Below, piece by piece: positions 50,199-59,190 of a stretch of DNA of 64,000 nucleotides. The notes beneath the pieces are model-generated. The model made no database searches, was not told where the DNA came from, and worked only from the letters and a program-made list of their open reading frames with translations. Position numbers and translations under genes: made by a program. The DNA comes from an uncultured Gammaproteobacteria bacterium (GTDB lineage Bacteria > Patescibacteriota > Microgenomatia > UBA10105), in assembly GCA_964387625.1 (NCBI GenBank), contig CAYLWN010000001.1, forward strand, positions 35,560 to 99,559. Reading direction: 5' to 3'. Numbering within the stretch: the stretch's first letter is position 1; every line of letters starts with the position of its first letter.

Positions 50199-51826
50199 AT
50201 AAATAAGATATGACTTCTAATAATTAAATAAGTTGAAGCCATATACTGATTGCATATTTTAGCTTGTTTTATAAGTTGTTGATAAATATAATTATAAACA
50301 GTATTTTTAATTTTTAAATATTCAGATAAATATATAGAATTAATGTAAAATTTATCTATAATTAACATTTTTTCAGAAGCAGAACGCAAATAATCAAAAA
50401 ATCCTAATCTGCAATAATTTGACATATTAACGTTGGTAACAGTTTTATTTAGATATTTATAAGGAAAGGTGTCTCCTAATTTTAAAAGTAATTCTAGCAT
50501 ATTGTTAAATTTGACAGTATTATTTATTGATAAATTTTTAACTTTTAAATGCTTTGTTTGTATAAAAGCAGTATAAAAATTTAGATTAAGAATAGACTTT
50601 ATAAAGTATTCTAAATCTAAGGACTGATCATGATATTTATTTGATACTGTTTTTGATTTTATATCATTTATTCCATAAATAACCGCCACATTAGAATGTT
50701 TTAAAAATGTTTTAACTACTAAATGGCATGCTTTTTGATACATTTGATCATTTTGATCAAAGATAACACATATATCTCCGGATATTTTTCTTAGCGCAGC
50801 ATTAATATAATCTATTATATTTTCTGATTGGCATTTTATAATAATCTGCTTAAGTTGAACATTATTTTTAATTATTTTTTTTATATTTTTTATATTTTTG
50901 ACTTGAGTGATAACTATTAGTTCAATATTTGAATAATTTTGATTATTAATGCTTTGTAGACAGGTAATTAGATTATTGGTAATGTTTAATATGGGTAAAA
51001 TAATTGAGATTACAGGTTTTTGGGGTAATGGGTTGTAAATATTTGCATACATTTGTTTTTCCCACAAGTGTAATCCCATATAAGCACATTGTTGGCTATT
51101 CTTTACAGATGGAGATGTTAATTTGTTATTCAATACTTTATTGATTATTTTTTCTTTTTCTTTAACCAATTTGTTTATATTTGAAAATTGTTTACTTCCT
51201 GAATTAGCATGCCATCTATATCTTGCTACATAACCGGGAACATGTTTTATTTTAAATTTTTGTCCTATTCTTATCCACAGTTCAAAATCCATGGCTTTTT
51301 TTATTTTTGGATTATAATATAAACCAACTTGTTCAAAATAACTTTTTTTGATAAATGCAGCTTGTTCGGGGATAACTAATTTTGAACATAGTAATTTCTG
51401 AAAACTATAGTCCGGAGGAATAAACTTATCAATAATTTTATTATTTTCATCAATAACGTATTCATCACCATATATCACTGCATAATTAGGATATTTAATA
51501 AAATTGTCATAAGCCCATTTGCAGGCTGAAGGGTTTAATAGATCATCGCTGTTTAAATTTAACTGAATTTCTCCCTTTGTGTGTTTTAATAAATTATTTA
51601 ATGCAGCTGTATGACCTAGATGTTTTTGTTTAAAATAGCGGATTTTCCCGGGATACTTATTAGCATAATTTTGAATAATTTCTTGACTTTTATCGGTTGA
51701 CCCGTCATCGATAATTAAATGCTCAATGTTAGGATAATTTTGTTTAAGAACACTTTCAATACAGCCCCTGAGAAATTTTTCCATGTTAAAATTAGGAGTA
51801 ATAATCGATATTAACGGGGGTGTCAT
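50195..51826 (-). CDS. Tandem GT2-GT2 glycosyltransferase, second domain degenerate
   Basis: N-domain has ISIITP, DDGSTD, LNSDD and DFELWIR. C-domain repeats ISIILP..Q.Y.NIELI and VAVIYG without DDG. Confidence 0.85.
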   Translation of the reverse strand: MTPPLISIITPNFNMEKFLRGCIESVLKQNYPNIEHLIIDDGSTDKSQEIIQNYANKYPGKIRYFKQKHLGHTAALNNLLKHTKGEIQLNLNSDDLLNPSACKWAYDNFIKYPNYAVIYGDEYVIDENNKIIDKFIPPDYSFQKLLCSKLVIPEQAAFIKKSYFEQVGLYYNPKIKKAMDFELWIRIGQKFKIKHVPGYVARYRWHANSGSKQFSNINKLVKEKEKIINKVLNNKLTSPSVKNSQQCAYMGLHLWEKQMYANIYNPLPQKPVISIILPILNITNNLITCLQSINNQNYSNIELIVITQVKNIKNIKKIIKNNVQLKQIIIKCQSENIIDYINAALRKISGDICVIFDQNDQMYQKACHLVVKTFLKHSNVAVIYGINDIKSKTVSNKYHDQSLDLEYFIKSILNLNFYTAFIQTKHLKVKNLSINNTVKFNNMLELLLKLGDTFPYKYLNKTVTNVNMSNYCRLGFFDYLRSASEKMLIIDKFYINSIYLSEYLKIKNTVYNYIYQQLIKQAKICNQYMASTYLIIRSHILFI

Positions 51827-51827
51827 G

Positions 51828-52592
51828 TTAATTATTGTCTAAATAAATTTTTATAATTTTTTCCGCATCTCCTTGTGCTACAATTCTTCCCTTTTTAATT
51901 AGATATACCTTCTTACACAATCTTTTGATGAAATCCATATTGTGACTTATAAAAATAATAGTTCTTTTTTTTTCACTACAAATTTCTTCCATTTTCTTAA
52001 GTGATGCTTCTTGAAATTTATTATCTCCAACGGCAAAAACTTCATCAACTAAAAGAATATCTGGCTCAAGTTGTATGGTGACTGAAAAAGCCAAACGGAT
52101 ATACATACCTGATGAGTAATATTTAACGGGAATATCAATAAATTTTTTTACTCCTGAAAAGTTAACAATTTCAGTAAATTGTTTATCGATTTTTACTTTG
52201 GGAATACCTAAAATAGCTCCTGCTAAATACACGTTTTCTCTACCCGTTAATTCTCCTCTAAACCCGGCACCAACTTCTAATAAGCTACCTATTGTACCCC
52301 GAAGAATAATTTTTCCACTAGTTGGAGTAATAATATTTGCTAAGATTTTTAGTAAAGTAGATTTACCTGCTCCATTAGGCCCAATAACACCGATAGTTTC
52401 ACCTTGATAAATATTGAATGAAATATTTTTTAATGCCCAAAAATTTTCTTTTTGAGGAATAAATTGTACATTTCTAGTTATAACACTTCTTATAAATTTT
52501 TCCATCTCTTCACGAAGACTCAATTTTGGCTGAATTTTCGTCAAAACGTATTTTTTTGACAGTTTTAGACATTCAATAATAGGTTGATTCAT
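51828..52592 (-). CDS. wzt: Polysaccharide/teichoic acid ABC exporter ATPase (Wzt/TagH)
   Basis: FWALKNISF, GPNGAGKST, ELTGREN, YSSGM, LLVDE, SH. Confidence 0.92.
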   Translation of the reverse strand: MNQPIIECLKLSKKYVLTKIQPKLSLREEMEKFIRSVITRNVQFIPQKENFWALKNISFNIYQGETIGVIGPNGAGKSTLLKILANIITPTSGKIILRGTIGSLLEVGAGFRGELTGRENVYLAGAILGIPKVKIDKQFTEIVNFSGVKKFIDIPVKYYSSGMYIRLAFSVTIQLEPDILLVDEVFAVGDNKFQEASLKKMEEICSEKKRTIIFISHNMDFIKRLCKKVYLIKKGRIVAQGDAEKIIKIYLDNN

Positions 52593-53401
52593 ACTATATC
52601 GCTAAAATATTTTTCTAATTTAATAAATATATAGATACCCACAACGAAAAATATTATTGAATATAATCCAATTAATAATAACCCTGGTATATCTATATTG
52701 AACGTATTTATTAATAGTGAATTTCTACTAACTTCTATGAGTCTTGTTAAGGGATTAAAATCAAAAATAGCTCTGTATTTACTTGGAACAAAATTTATAG
52801 GATATAAAATTGGTGTAATTAATAAAAGAATTTGTAAAAAAAAGGGGATTATAAATTTTATATCCCGATAGATAAGATTTAATGCAGAAAAAGCTGAACC
52901 AATTCCAATTGATATTAAAACTGTTAAGAATAAAATGATAGGCATGATGACTATACCTGCTGGATTAAATGAGTATCGATAATAGATTAATAATAAAATT
53001 AGCATTACTAAAGATATAAAAAAATCAACTATATTCACAAAAACTGAAGCAATTGGTAAGATAAGTTTAGGTAAATAAACTTTGGTGATAATGTCTCGAT
53101 TTGCAGATAAACATTCAGTTGCAGAAGTAACAGATTTAGAAAATAAGTTCCAATAAATTAATCCAGTATAAGTCAGTAGTGGATAGGGGATATTACTGAC
53201 AGTTTTTGTCATTTCTCCAAAAACTATATTCAGTATGATCATTGTTAAAAAAGGTTGTAAAATTATCCAAAAAATTCCAATAAAAGTTTGTTTATAACGA
53301 ATTTTTATATCACGCCATGCTAAAAAAAATATCAATTCACGATATTTCCAAAATGTAAATAGATTATAATTTATTGAATTGGGGGATATAACGATCTCCA
53401 T
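52589..53401 (-). CDS. wzm: Polysaccharide ABC exporter permease (Wzm/TagG)
   Basis: RDIKIRYKQT..G..W..LQP, YRD, TPILYP, NPL; six TM segments. Confidence 0.92.
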   Translation of the reverse strand: MEIVISPNSINYNLFTFWKYRELIFFLAWRDIKIRYKQTFIGIFWIILQPFLTMIILNIVFGEMTKTVSNIPYPLLTYTGLIYWNLFSKSVTSATECLSANRDIITKVYLPKLILPIASVFVNIVDFFISLVMLILLLIYYRYSFNPAGIVIMPIILFLTVLISIGIGSAFSALNLIYRDIKFIIPFFLQILLLITPILYPINFVPSKYRAIFDFNPLTRLIEVSRNSLLINTFNIDIPGLLLIGLYSIIFFVVGIYIFIKLEKYFSDIV

Positions 53402-53407
53402 ACAAAA

Positions 53408-54604
53408 TTATTTTTTATAGAAGCTTACGATTTTTAAAACAGCATTGATTACGTCAATAATATCTTTATTTGTCATGGCAGGGGATAAAGGGAGAGATAT
53501 TGATCTACTGCCTACAAATTCTGCATTAGGAAAGTCACCTAATTTATATTTATAAGTTTCCCTGTAGTATTTATGTAAGTGCAGTGGCGTAAAGTGTACT
53601 CCACTGCCGATTCCCTCTTTACTTAATGCATTGATAAATGTATCTCTGGAAATTTTCAATTTCTCAATTTTTAGTAAAATTGCATATAAATGTCTGGCGT
53701 GTGTTGTGTTATTTTCTTCCGGGGCAGGCAATATAAGTTCCGGCACATCCTTGAAAGCCTTATTATATATATCCCAATACTTTTGTCTGATTTTAAAATT
53801 TTGTTTAACTTGAGCTAATTGATGAATGCCCAATGATGCTACTAAGTCCATCATATTATATTTATATCCGGGATAAAGTGTTTCATAAGGAGAATATCCA
53901 TCTTTGGAATATCTTTTCCAAGCATCTTTTGATATACCATGTAAACTTCTGATGCGAGCTTCCTGCGCCCAAATGGAGTTATTTGTGGTTAACATACCGC
54001 CTTCACCAGTCATGATATTTTTGGTGACGTAAAATGAAAAAGCTGTGAAATCAGATATAGTGCCAATCTTTTTACTTCTATATATGCTTTCAGCTGCATG
54101 TGCAGCATCTTCTATAACAAAAAGCTGATACTTTTTGGCAATTTGAGAAATTTTATCCATTTGACAAGGTCTGCCGTGTAAATGAACAGGAATTATAGCT
54201 TTGGTTTTTTTAGTAATTTTTTTCTCAATTTGTTTATAATCGATATTCCAGGAATTTATATCAATATCGACAAAAACAGGTTTTGCCTGATGATGGACAA
54301 TGACGTTAGCAGTTGATGCAAATGTAAGAGGTGTGGTAATAACCTCATCGCCTTCCTTTATACCCAACACATCTAAAGCTAAATGCAGTCCTGCAGTACA
54401 GGAATTTAGAGCAACGGCATATTTGCAGCCAATAAATTTTTTAAAATTATCTTCAAATATTTTTGTTTTTGGACCGGTTCCTAACCAACCGGATTTAAGA
54501 GTTTTTACAACTTCATTAATTTCTTTATTGGTTATTTTTGGTTTTCCAAAAACCAGGAAATTTTTTCTTACAGATTTTCCGCCTGCTATTGCTGGTTGAA
54601 TCAT
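53408..54604 (-). CDS. DegT aminotransferase (ArnB/SpsC-like)
   Basis: SGWLGTGP, NSCTAGLH, EDAAHA, SFYVTKN.MTGEGG, HG.SKDAWKRY, GYKYNM. Confidence 0.9.
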   Translation of the reverse strand: MIQPAIAGGKSVRKNFLVFGKPKITNKEINEVVKTLKSGWLGTGPKTKIFEDNFKKFIGCKYAVALNSCTAGLHLALDVLGIKEGDEVITTPLTFASTANVIVHHQAKPVFVDIDINSWNIDYKQIEKKITKKTKAIIPVHLHGRPCQMDKISQIAKKYQLFVIEDAAHAAESIYRSKKIGTISDFTAFSFYVTKNIMTGEGGMLTTNNSIWAQEARIRSLHGISKDAWKRYSKDGYSPYETLYPGYKYNMMDLVASLGIHQLAQVKQNFKIRQKYWDIYNKAFKDVPELILPAPEENNTTHARHLYAILLKIEKLKISRDTFINALSKEGIGSGVHFTPLHLHKYYRETYKYKLGDFPNAEFVGSRSISLPLSPAMTNKDIIDVINAVLKIVSFYKK

Positions 54605-54611
54605 ATGACGA

Positions 54612-54620
54612 AGTATAACA
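54612..54620 (-). promoter_or_regulatory. Extended -10 (TGtTATACT) 7 nt upstream of ATG 54604
   Basis: Minus strand reads TGTTATACT-tcgtcat-ATG. Confidence 0.55.
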
Positions 54621-54650
54621 TGTTAAGAAAGTAATTTAAAAAAATATTAT

Positions 54651-54659
54651 TGGTATAAT
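54651..54659 (+). promoter_or_regulatory. Extended -10 (TGgTATAAT) 6 nt upstream of ATG 54666
   Basis: Perfect TGnTATAAT-aagacg-ATG with no Shine-Dalgarno. Confidence 0.6.
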
Positions 54660-54665
54660 AAGACG

Positions 54666-56723
54666 ATGAAAAAAATTATCAATAAAAATTTTAAAACATT
54701 ATTACCTGTTATAAACGCAATACTAATAGGTTTACAGTGGATGATTGCGGCTTTTCTGATAGTTGGTTTACATCCCAGACCCAGACAGTTGGATTTGTTA
54801 ACTGATTTAGGCAAGTACTGGTATAGACCGGAATATGATTTATTAATTTATATATGCGGTTGTTTTGTTGTTTTATTGTTAATTTTTATTTTTACCCGGA
54901 TAGAGCAAAAACTGCATTTTACGTACAGTTTATTATCATGTGTAATACAATTAATACTAGTTGTGTTTTTTAAAAATTTTATTTTAGACTTCTGGAAACA
55001 ACCTGTTAATTATAACTTAAAAGTTCTGCTGACCATGATCTGGGCATTTATCTTAGTTTTTCCAAGTATGTTAGCTGTATATTTTTCCGTGAAAAATACC
55101 AGATGGAAATTTCCATTCAGCTCGAGACTAAATATGAATCTTATTGACCTGATTTTTCCGCTACTTATCATATTATTAATTTATATTCCGGATATGAAAA
55201 ACCTGTCTGGAAAAATATATTTAAATGATCAATTTTTACATTGGAATTCATTTGCAATCAGACCGGCATTAGGTTTTAGACACGGTTTGACGTTGGGTAA
55301 AGAGATGTTTGTTCAGTACGGTTTGGGATGGCCGGTTGTTATGTCTCTTCTAAATCCTCCCGATTTGACATATAGCAGCATGATCCATGTCGGAATTATT
55401 TATGCAGGAATTTATTATATTGGATTATATATTTTATTGCGTTTATTAACCAGGGATATATTTTGGTCTATCACAGGCACATGTTTGACGCTTTTGTTTC
55501 AATTTTTTACCCGAAATTTTCCTTTACCTTTTTTTTGGGAAACTCCTTCTTCAACAATTCTTAGAATGCCGTTTGACGTTTGGTTTTTTAGCGCTGTTGT
55601 TTTGGCAATAAATTCAGGATTTACGTTTTGGAAAATTGTAGCAGCTATTTTTACCGGTTTAGCAATTTTATTTGAATTTGATACGGGAATTTATCTGGCA
55701 TTTACCTTTGGTTTTTATTTGGTTGTTCCCATAATCAACGCAGTTATAAATAAAAAATATCAAACAGTTAAAAAAGAAATTTATATTTCTTTATTATGTA
55801 TTTTTACAGTTTGCATAATTTTATTTGGTAGCATGGCATTTGTTGTAAAAGTTTCGGTATTAGATATTAAATATTGGTCGGTACTGATTGAAGGAATTAA
55901 GGAGTACGGTGGGGGTATTACTAGTTTACCTCTTGCCACTCTCAGATCGAACAGCTCTTTAATTGTGTTTGAGTTAATTATTGGTATGTATTTATTCGTG
56001 GTAGGTAATTGGTTGATAAAATTTTTGAATAAAAAATCGCATTCAGAAGATATGTTCGTAGCAGGATTAGGTTTTTATGGTTTGGTAATGCTTTTAATCT
56101 TTATTGGCAGATCACATATATTAAATTTAATGTATCCAACTGTGCCGTTTTGGATTTTATTTACCTGGGTAGTAGTAAAGATTTATAAGTTAATGTCTGT
56201 TCACTACAAGCAAATACAATCATATATACCAGCAATATCAGTTATAACTGTAGGAATACTATTATTGACTAATCCGGCTTATCAAAATTACTCCAATATA
56301 TTAAACTCGTATTTTAAAGGAAGTGATAAAAATGAAATATGCTTGTTTCAAGATCATAATGATGTTTGCGGATTGCCGGAAACAGAAAGAAAAACAGCCA
56401 TTGATTTTACAGATATTACTACGAAAATGAAAACATGGCAATCACAAGGAAAAACAGTAGCAGTTTTTGATGACTATGATACAAGATATTATCTTGCTAT
56501 TAATAGTTATCCTAAGTTTAGGTACACGCCATATGATATTTTTACTAAAAAACAACTGGAATATATTAGTCAACAAATTATTAATAAACAACCAGATTAT
56601 ATTCTGATCAGAAAAGACGCTCCAAAAAATGATATTATGACAGAAACACAGGGATTAATAAATAGTTATTATCAGCAGGAGAAAGACTTGAGTATTTTCA
56701 ATGTTTGGCAAAAGAATAATTAG
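54666..56723 (+). CDS. Large polytopic membrane protein, GT-C-like
   Basis: About 15 hydrophobic segments, D..LHW loop, QYG.G, LR, DTG; soluble C-terminal ..PDYI domain. Confidence 0.6.
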   Translation: MKKIINKNFKTLLPVINAILIGLQWMIAAFLIVGLHPRPRQLDLLTDLGKYWYRPEYDLLIYICGCFVVLLLIFIFTRIEQKLHFTYSLLSCVIQLILVVFFKNFILDFWKQPVNYNLKVLLTMIWAFILVFPSMLAVYFSVKNTRWKFPFSSRLNMNLIDLIFPLLIILLIYIPDMKNLSGKIYLNDQFLHWNSFAIRPALGFRHGLTLGKEMFVQYGLGWPVVMSLLNPPDLTYSSMIHVGIIYAGIYYIGLYILLRLLTRDIFWSITGTCLTLLFQFFTRNFPLPFFWETPSSTILRMPFDVWFFSAVVLAINSGFTFWKIVAAIFTGLAILFEFDTGIYLAFTFGFYLVVPIINAVINKKYQTVKKEIYISLLCIFTVCIILFGSMAFVVKVSVLDIKYWSVLIEGIKEYGGGITSLPLATLRSNSSLIVFELIIGMYLFVVGNWLIKFLNKKSHSEDMFVAGLGFYGLVMLLIFIGRSHILNLMYPTVPFWILFTWVVVKIYKLMSVHYKQIQSYIPAISVITVGILLLTNPAYQNYSNILNSYFKGSDKNEICLFQDHNDVCGLPETERKTAIDFTDITTKMKTWQSQGKTVAVFDDYDTRYYLAINSYPKFRYTPYDIFTKKQLEYISQQIINKQPDYILIRKDAPKNDIMTETQGLINSYYQQEKDLSIFNVWQKNN

Positions 56724-56766
56724 CAGTTAACGCGAATAAGAGTGGTAGTGATAATCTCATCATCTT

Positions 56767-57972
56767 ATGCCAGTTTTAATATTTTCTATTTTTATATTTA
56801 TTTTGTTTTTTAAAAGTTTATTTGTTTATTTTGTACAGGATGATTTCTATTTTTTAGCTATCACAAGAATTCATACTTTTTCGCAATTTTTTTCATTGTT
56901 TATTCCTGATCCTAATAATGTTTGGTATCGGCCTTTATCTTCACCGGTATTTTTTTATTTATTAAAATTATTGTTTGGTTATAATCCATTTGGATTTCAT
57001 CTGATAGTTTTTGTTACACATGTATTTACCATATGGTTACTTTATTTTTTCATAAAAACGATTTTAAAAAATAATTTAATTGCATTATTATCAGGATTAT
57101 TTTATGGCATTCATCAATTGCATACAGTATCTCTTTCATGGCTCGCAACATACCCATTTATATTAGGGCCGACAATGCTGTTATTAACGTTAATATTTTT
57201 TTATAAACAAAAAATATATTTATCATTACTTTTTTTTATATTCGGATTATTATCTTGGGAAATTATTGTTATCGTACCGATAATTTTAATACTCTTTACA
57301 ATTCTTATAGAAAAGCAAAAAAAGTTTCTCAGAATAACTCCATTTATATGTTTATCAGTGTTATTGGTCATTGTTAGATTAGTTATTTTTAAAACTGAAG
57401 TTAAAACAAATCTTTATAGCATACAATTTTCCTGGGAAATAATAAGTTTGTTTAAATTCTATTTATTGAGACTAGTGGGTTTACCTATGTTGATAACAGA
57501 AATGCCAAATGTAGAAAAAATTATTACTTTATTGCTTTCAGGATTTTTTACAATAATTACAATTTATGGATTCTATTTATCTTATATTAAACGGCATTTA
57601 CAAAAAAGAATTGTGCTATTTTTATTATTACTAATGATTATTGGTATTGGTCCCTTCTTATTTTTACCGAACCATATAGCTCCGCATTATTTATCTGTAG
57701 CTCTTATAGGTTATGCTATTTTATCTGCATACGGTATTTATGAAGTCATACTTAATATAAAACATAAAAAGATAATTTCTACGATAATAATATTGATTTT
57801 TGTAATAAATCAATACATTGGAATAGATTGGACTTATAAAACACATTGGATATTTCAAAGAGCTGTTTTAGCCAAAAAATTAATAGAAAATAATCAATTA
57901 ATTCAAAAAATTGGAACCGAAGAATATTTTTCTTTAGGCGGAGAAAACGGTTATACTGCTTTGCATAAATGA
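56767..57972 (+). CDS. GT-C-like membrane protein (TMTC/PMT-type N-terminus)
   Basis: F.QDDF, WYRPL, LFG.NP.GFH, H....V.W, SWE. Confidence 0.72.
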   Translation: MPVLIFSIFIFILFFKSLFVYFVQDDFYFLAITRIHTFSQFFSLFIPDPNNVWYRPLSSPVFFYLLKLLFGYNPFGFHLIVFVTHVFTIWLLYFFIKTILKNNLIALLSGLFYGIHQLHTVSLSWLATYPFILGPTMLLLTLIFFYKQKIYLSLLFFIFGLLSWEIIVIVPIILILFTILIEKQKKFLRITPFICLSVLLVIVRLVIFKTEVKTNLYSIQFSWEIISLFKFYLLRLVGLPMLITEMPNVEKIITLLLSGFFTIITIYGFYLSYIKRHLQKRIVLFLLLLMIIGIGPFLFLPNHIAPHYLSVALIGYAILSAYGIYEVILNIKHKKIISTIIILIFVINQYIGIDWTYKTHWIFQRAVLAKKLIENNQLIQKIGTEEYFSLGGENGYTALHK

Positions 57973-59138
57973 AATCATTGAATATTTTTATAATTAAAAA
58001 TGCATACTTATTTATTTTAATAATTATTGCCACATTAATGTTTTTTCTTGTTTTAGGCAATAAATCTCCCTATTTTTCTTCGGACTCTTATCTTTATAAA
58101 CATTTTTATTATCAGTTTAAAGGGCATTCATTCGATGAATCACGTAATAAAATTCTTAATGAAATTAATGTAACTAATTTTGATGAAGCCACCAAAAATA
58201 TCTTATTAAATGATGAAACATATAGTATAAGTTTAAATTTAGTTAATCGAAGGGTATTTTATCCTTATGTTTCTTTTCTATTAAGTAATTTTATGCAAAA
58301 TGACTATAATAATTTATTAATTCCAGTGTATTTTTCATACATAGGAGTAATTATTATGATTTATGTTTTGATTAAATCTAATAAACCGGTTTTATTTTCT
58401 TTTGGTTCTGCTTTATTATTTTTAAGCTTTTACCCATTTATCTATTGGTCAACATATTTTTTGACTTATACAATTGGGACTTTTTTTTGGATGTTTAACG
58501 TATTTGCAGCTTATAAATATTTGAGGGAAAAATGCAATAAATGGCTAGTTTTATATATTTTTAGTCTGATTTTGTCATTAACTAATCGTGAGACCAGTAT
58601 TTTACTACTGCCTTTTTTAATGTTTGTAAAAATATTTTGTTTATTTAGACCTAATCTTAAACAAACAAAAATACAATTAAATAAGCTATTGTTTTCTACC
58701 ATTTTAATTATTGCAGGCTTTTTCATGTTTATATTTCTATTTAAACAGAAAAATATTATTGACGCTATTGTTTATAACCAAAATAATTTTGGTTTATATA
58801 ACAAACCAAGATCATTAATAGATGTTATATCATTTTGGTTTAATTCAGTAATTTATGTTCATCAGGGTATACTCAATGATTTACTGAAACACAAATATTG
58901 GGGGACAATTTTATTATTAACTTTATTAAATATATTTTTTAGAAAAATAAAGAAAATAGATCAATTGGAAATCATTTTAATCAGTTCCGCCTTTGCATCA
59001 TATTGTGGATTACTGATTTATCCGATATTAAGTTACAGATATTTTTTTCCAATCGTAGCAAGCTTAAGCTATTTTTATTGGGATTTAATCAGTTTTTACT
59101 TAAATAAATTAACGATATTTATCAAAAAAAATAACTAA
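57969..59138 (+). CDS. GT-C-like membrane protein
   Basis: SSDSYLY loop, RR.FYP, NRE, RYFFP; about 10 TM segments. Confidence 0.6.
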   Translation: MKSLNIFIIKNAYLFILIIIATLMFFLVLGNKSPYFSSDSYLYKHFYYQFKGHSFDESRNKILNEINVTNFDEATKNILLNDETYSISLNLVNRRVFYPYVSFLLSNFMQNDYNNLLIPVYFSYIGVIIMIYVLIKSNKPVLFSFGSALLFLSFYPFIYWSTYFLTYTIGTFFWMFNVFAAYKYLREKCNKWLVLYIFSLILSLTNRETSILLLPFLMFVKIFCLFRPNLKQTKIQLNKLLFSTILIIAGFFMFIFLFKQKNIIDAIVYNQNNFGLYNKPRSLIDVISFWFNSVIYVHQGILNDLLKHKYWGTILLLTLLNIFFRKIKKIDQLEIILISSAFASYCGLLIYPILSYRYFFPIVASLSYFYWDLISFYLNKLTIFIKKNN

Positions 59139-59190
59139 TTAATTTTTTTTGGTTTATTTAAACATCGGACCTTATAAATAATTAAATATA

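Noticed and set aside
6767-51973. A/T homopolymers of 8-9 nt (e.g. 6767, 41075, 51965) as phase-variation tracts
   Set aside because: Expected at this AT content, the host genes are in frame, and I saw no long G/C tracts or SSRs.
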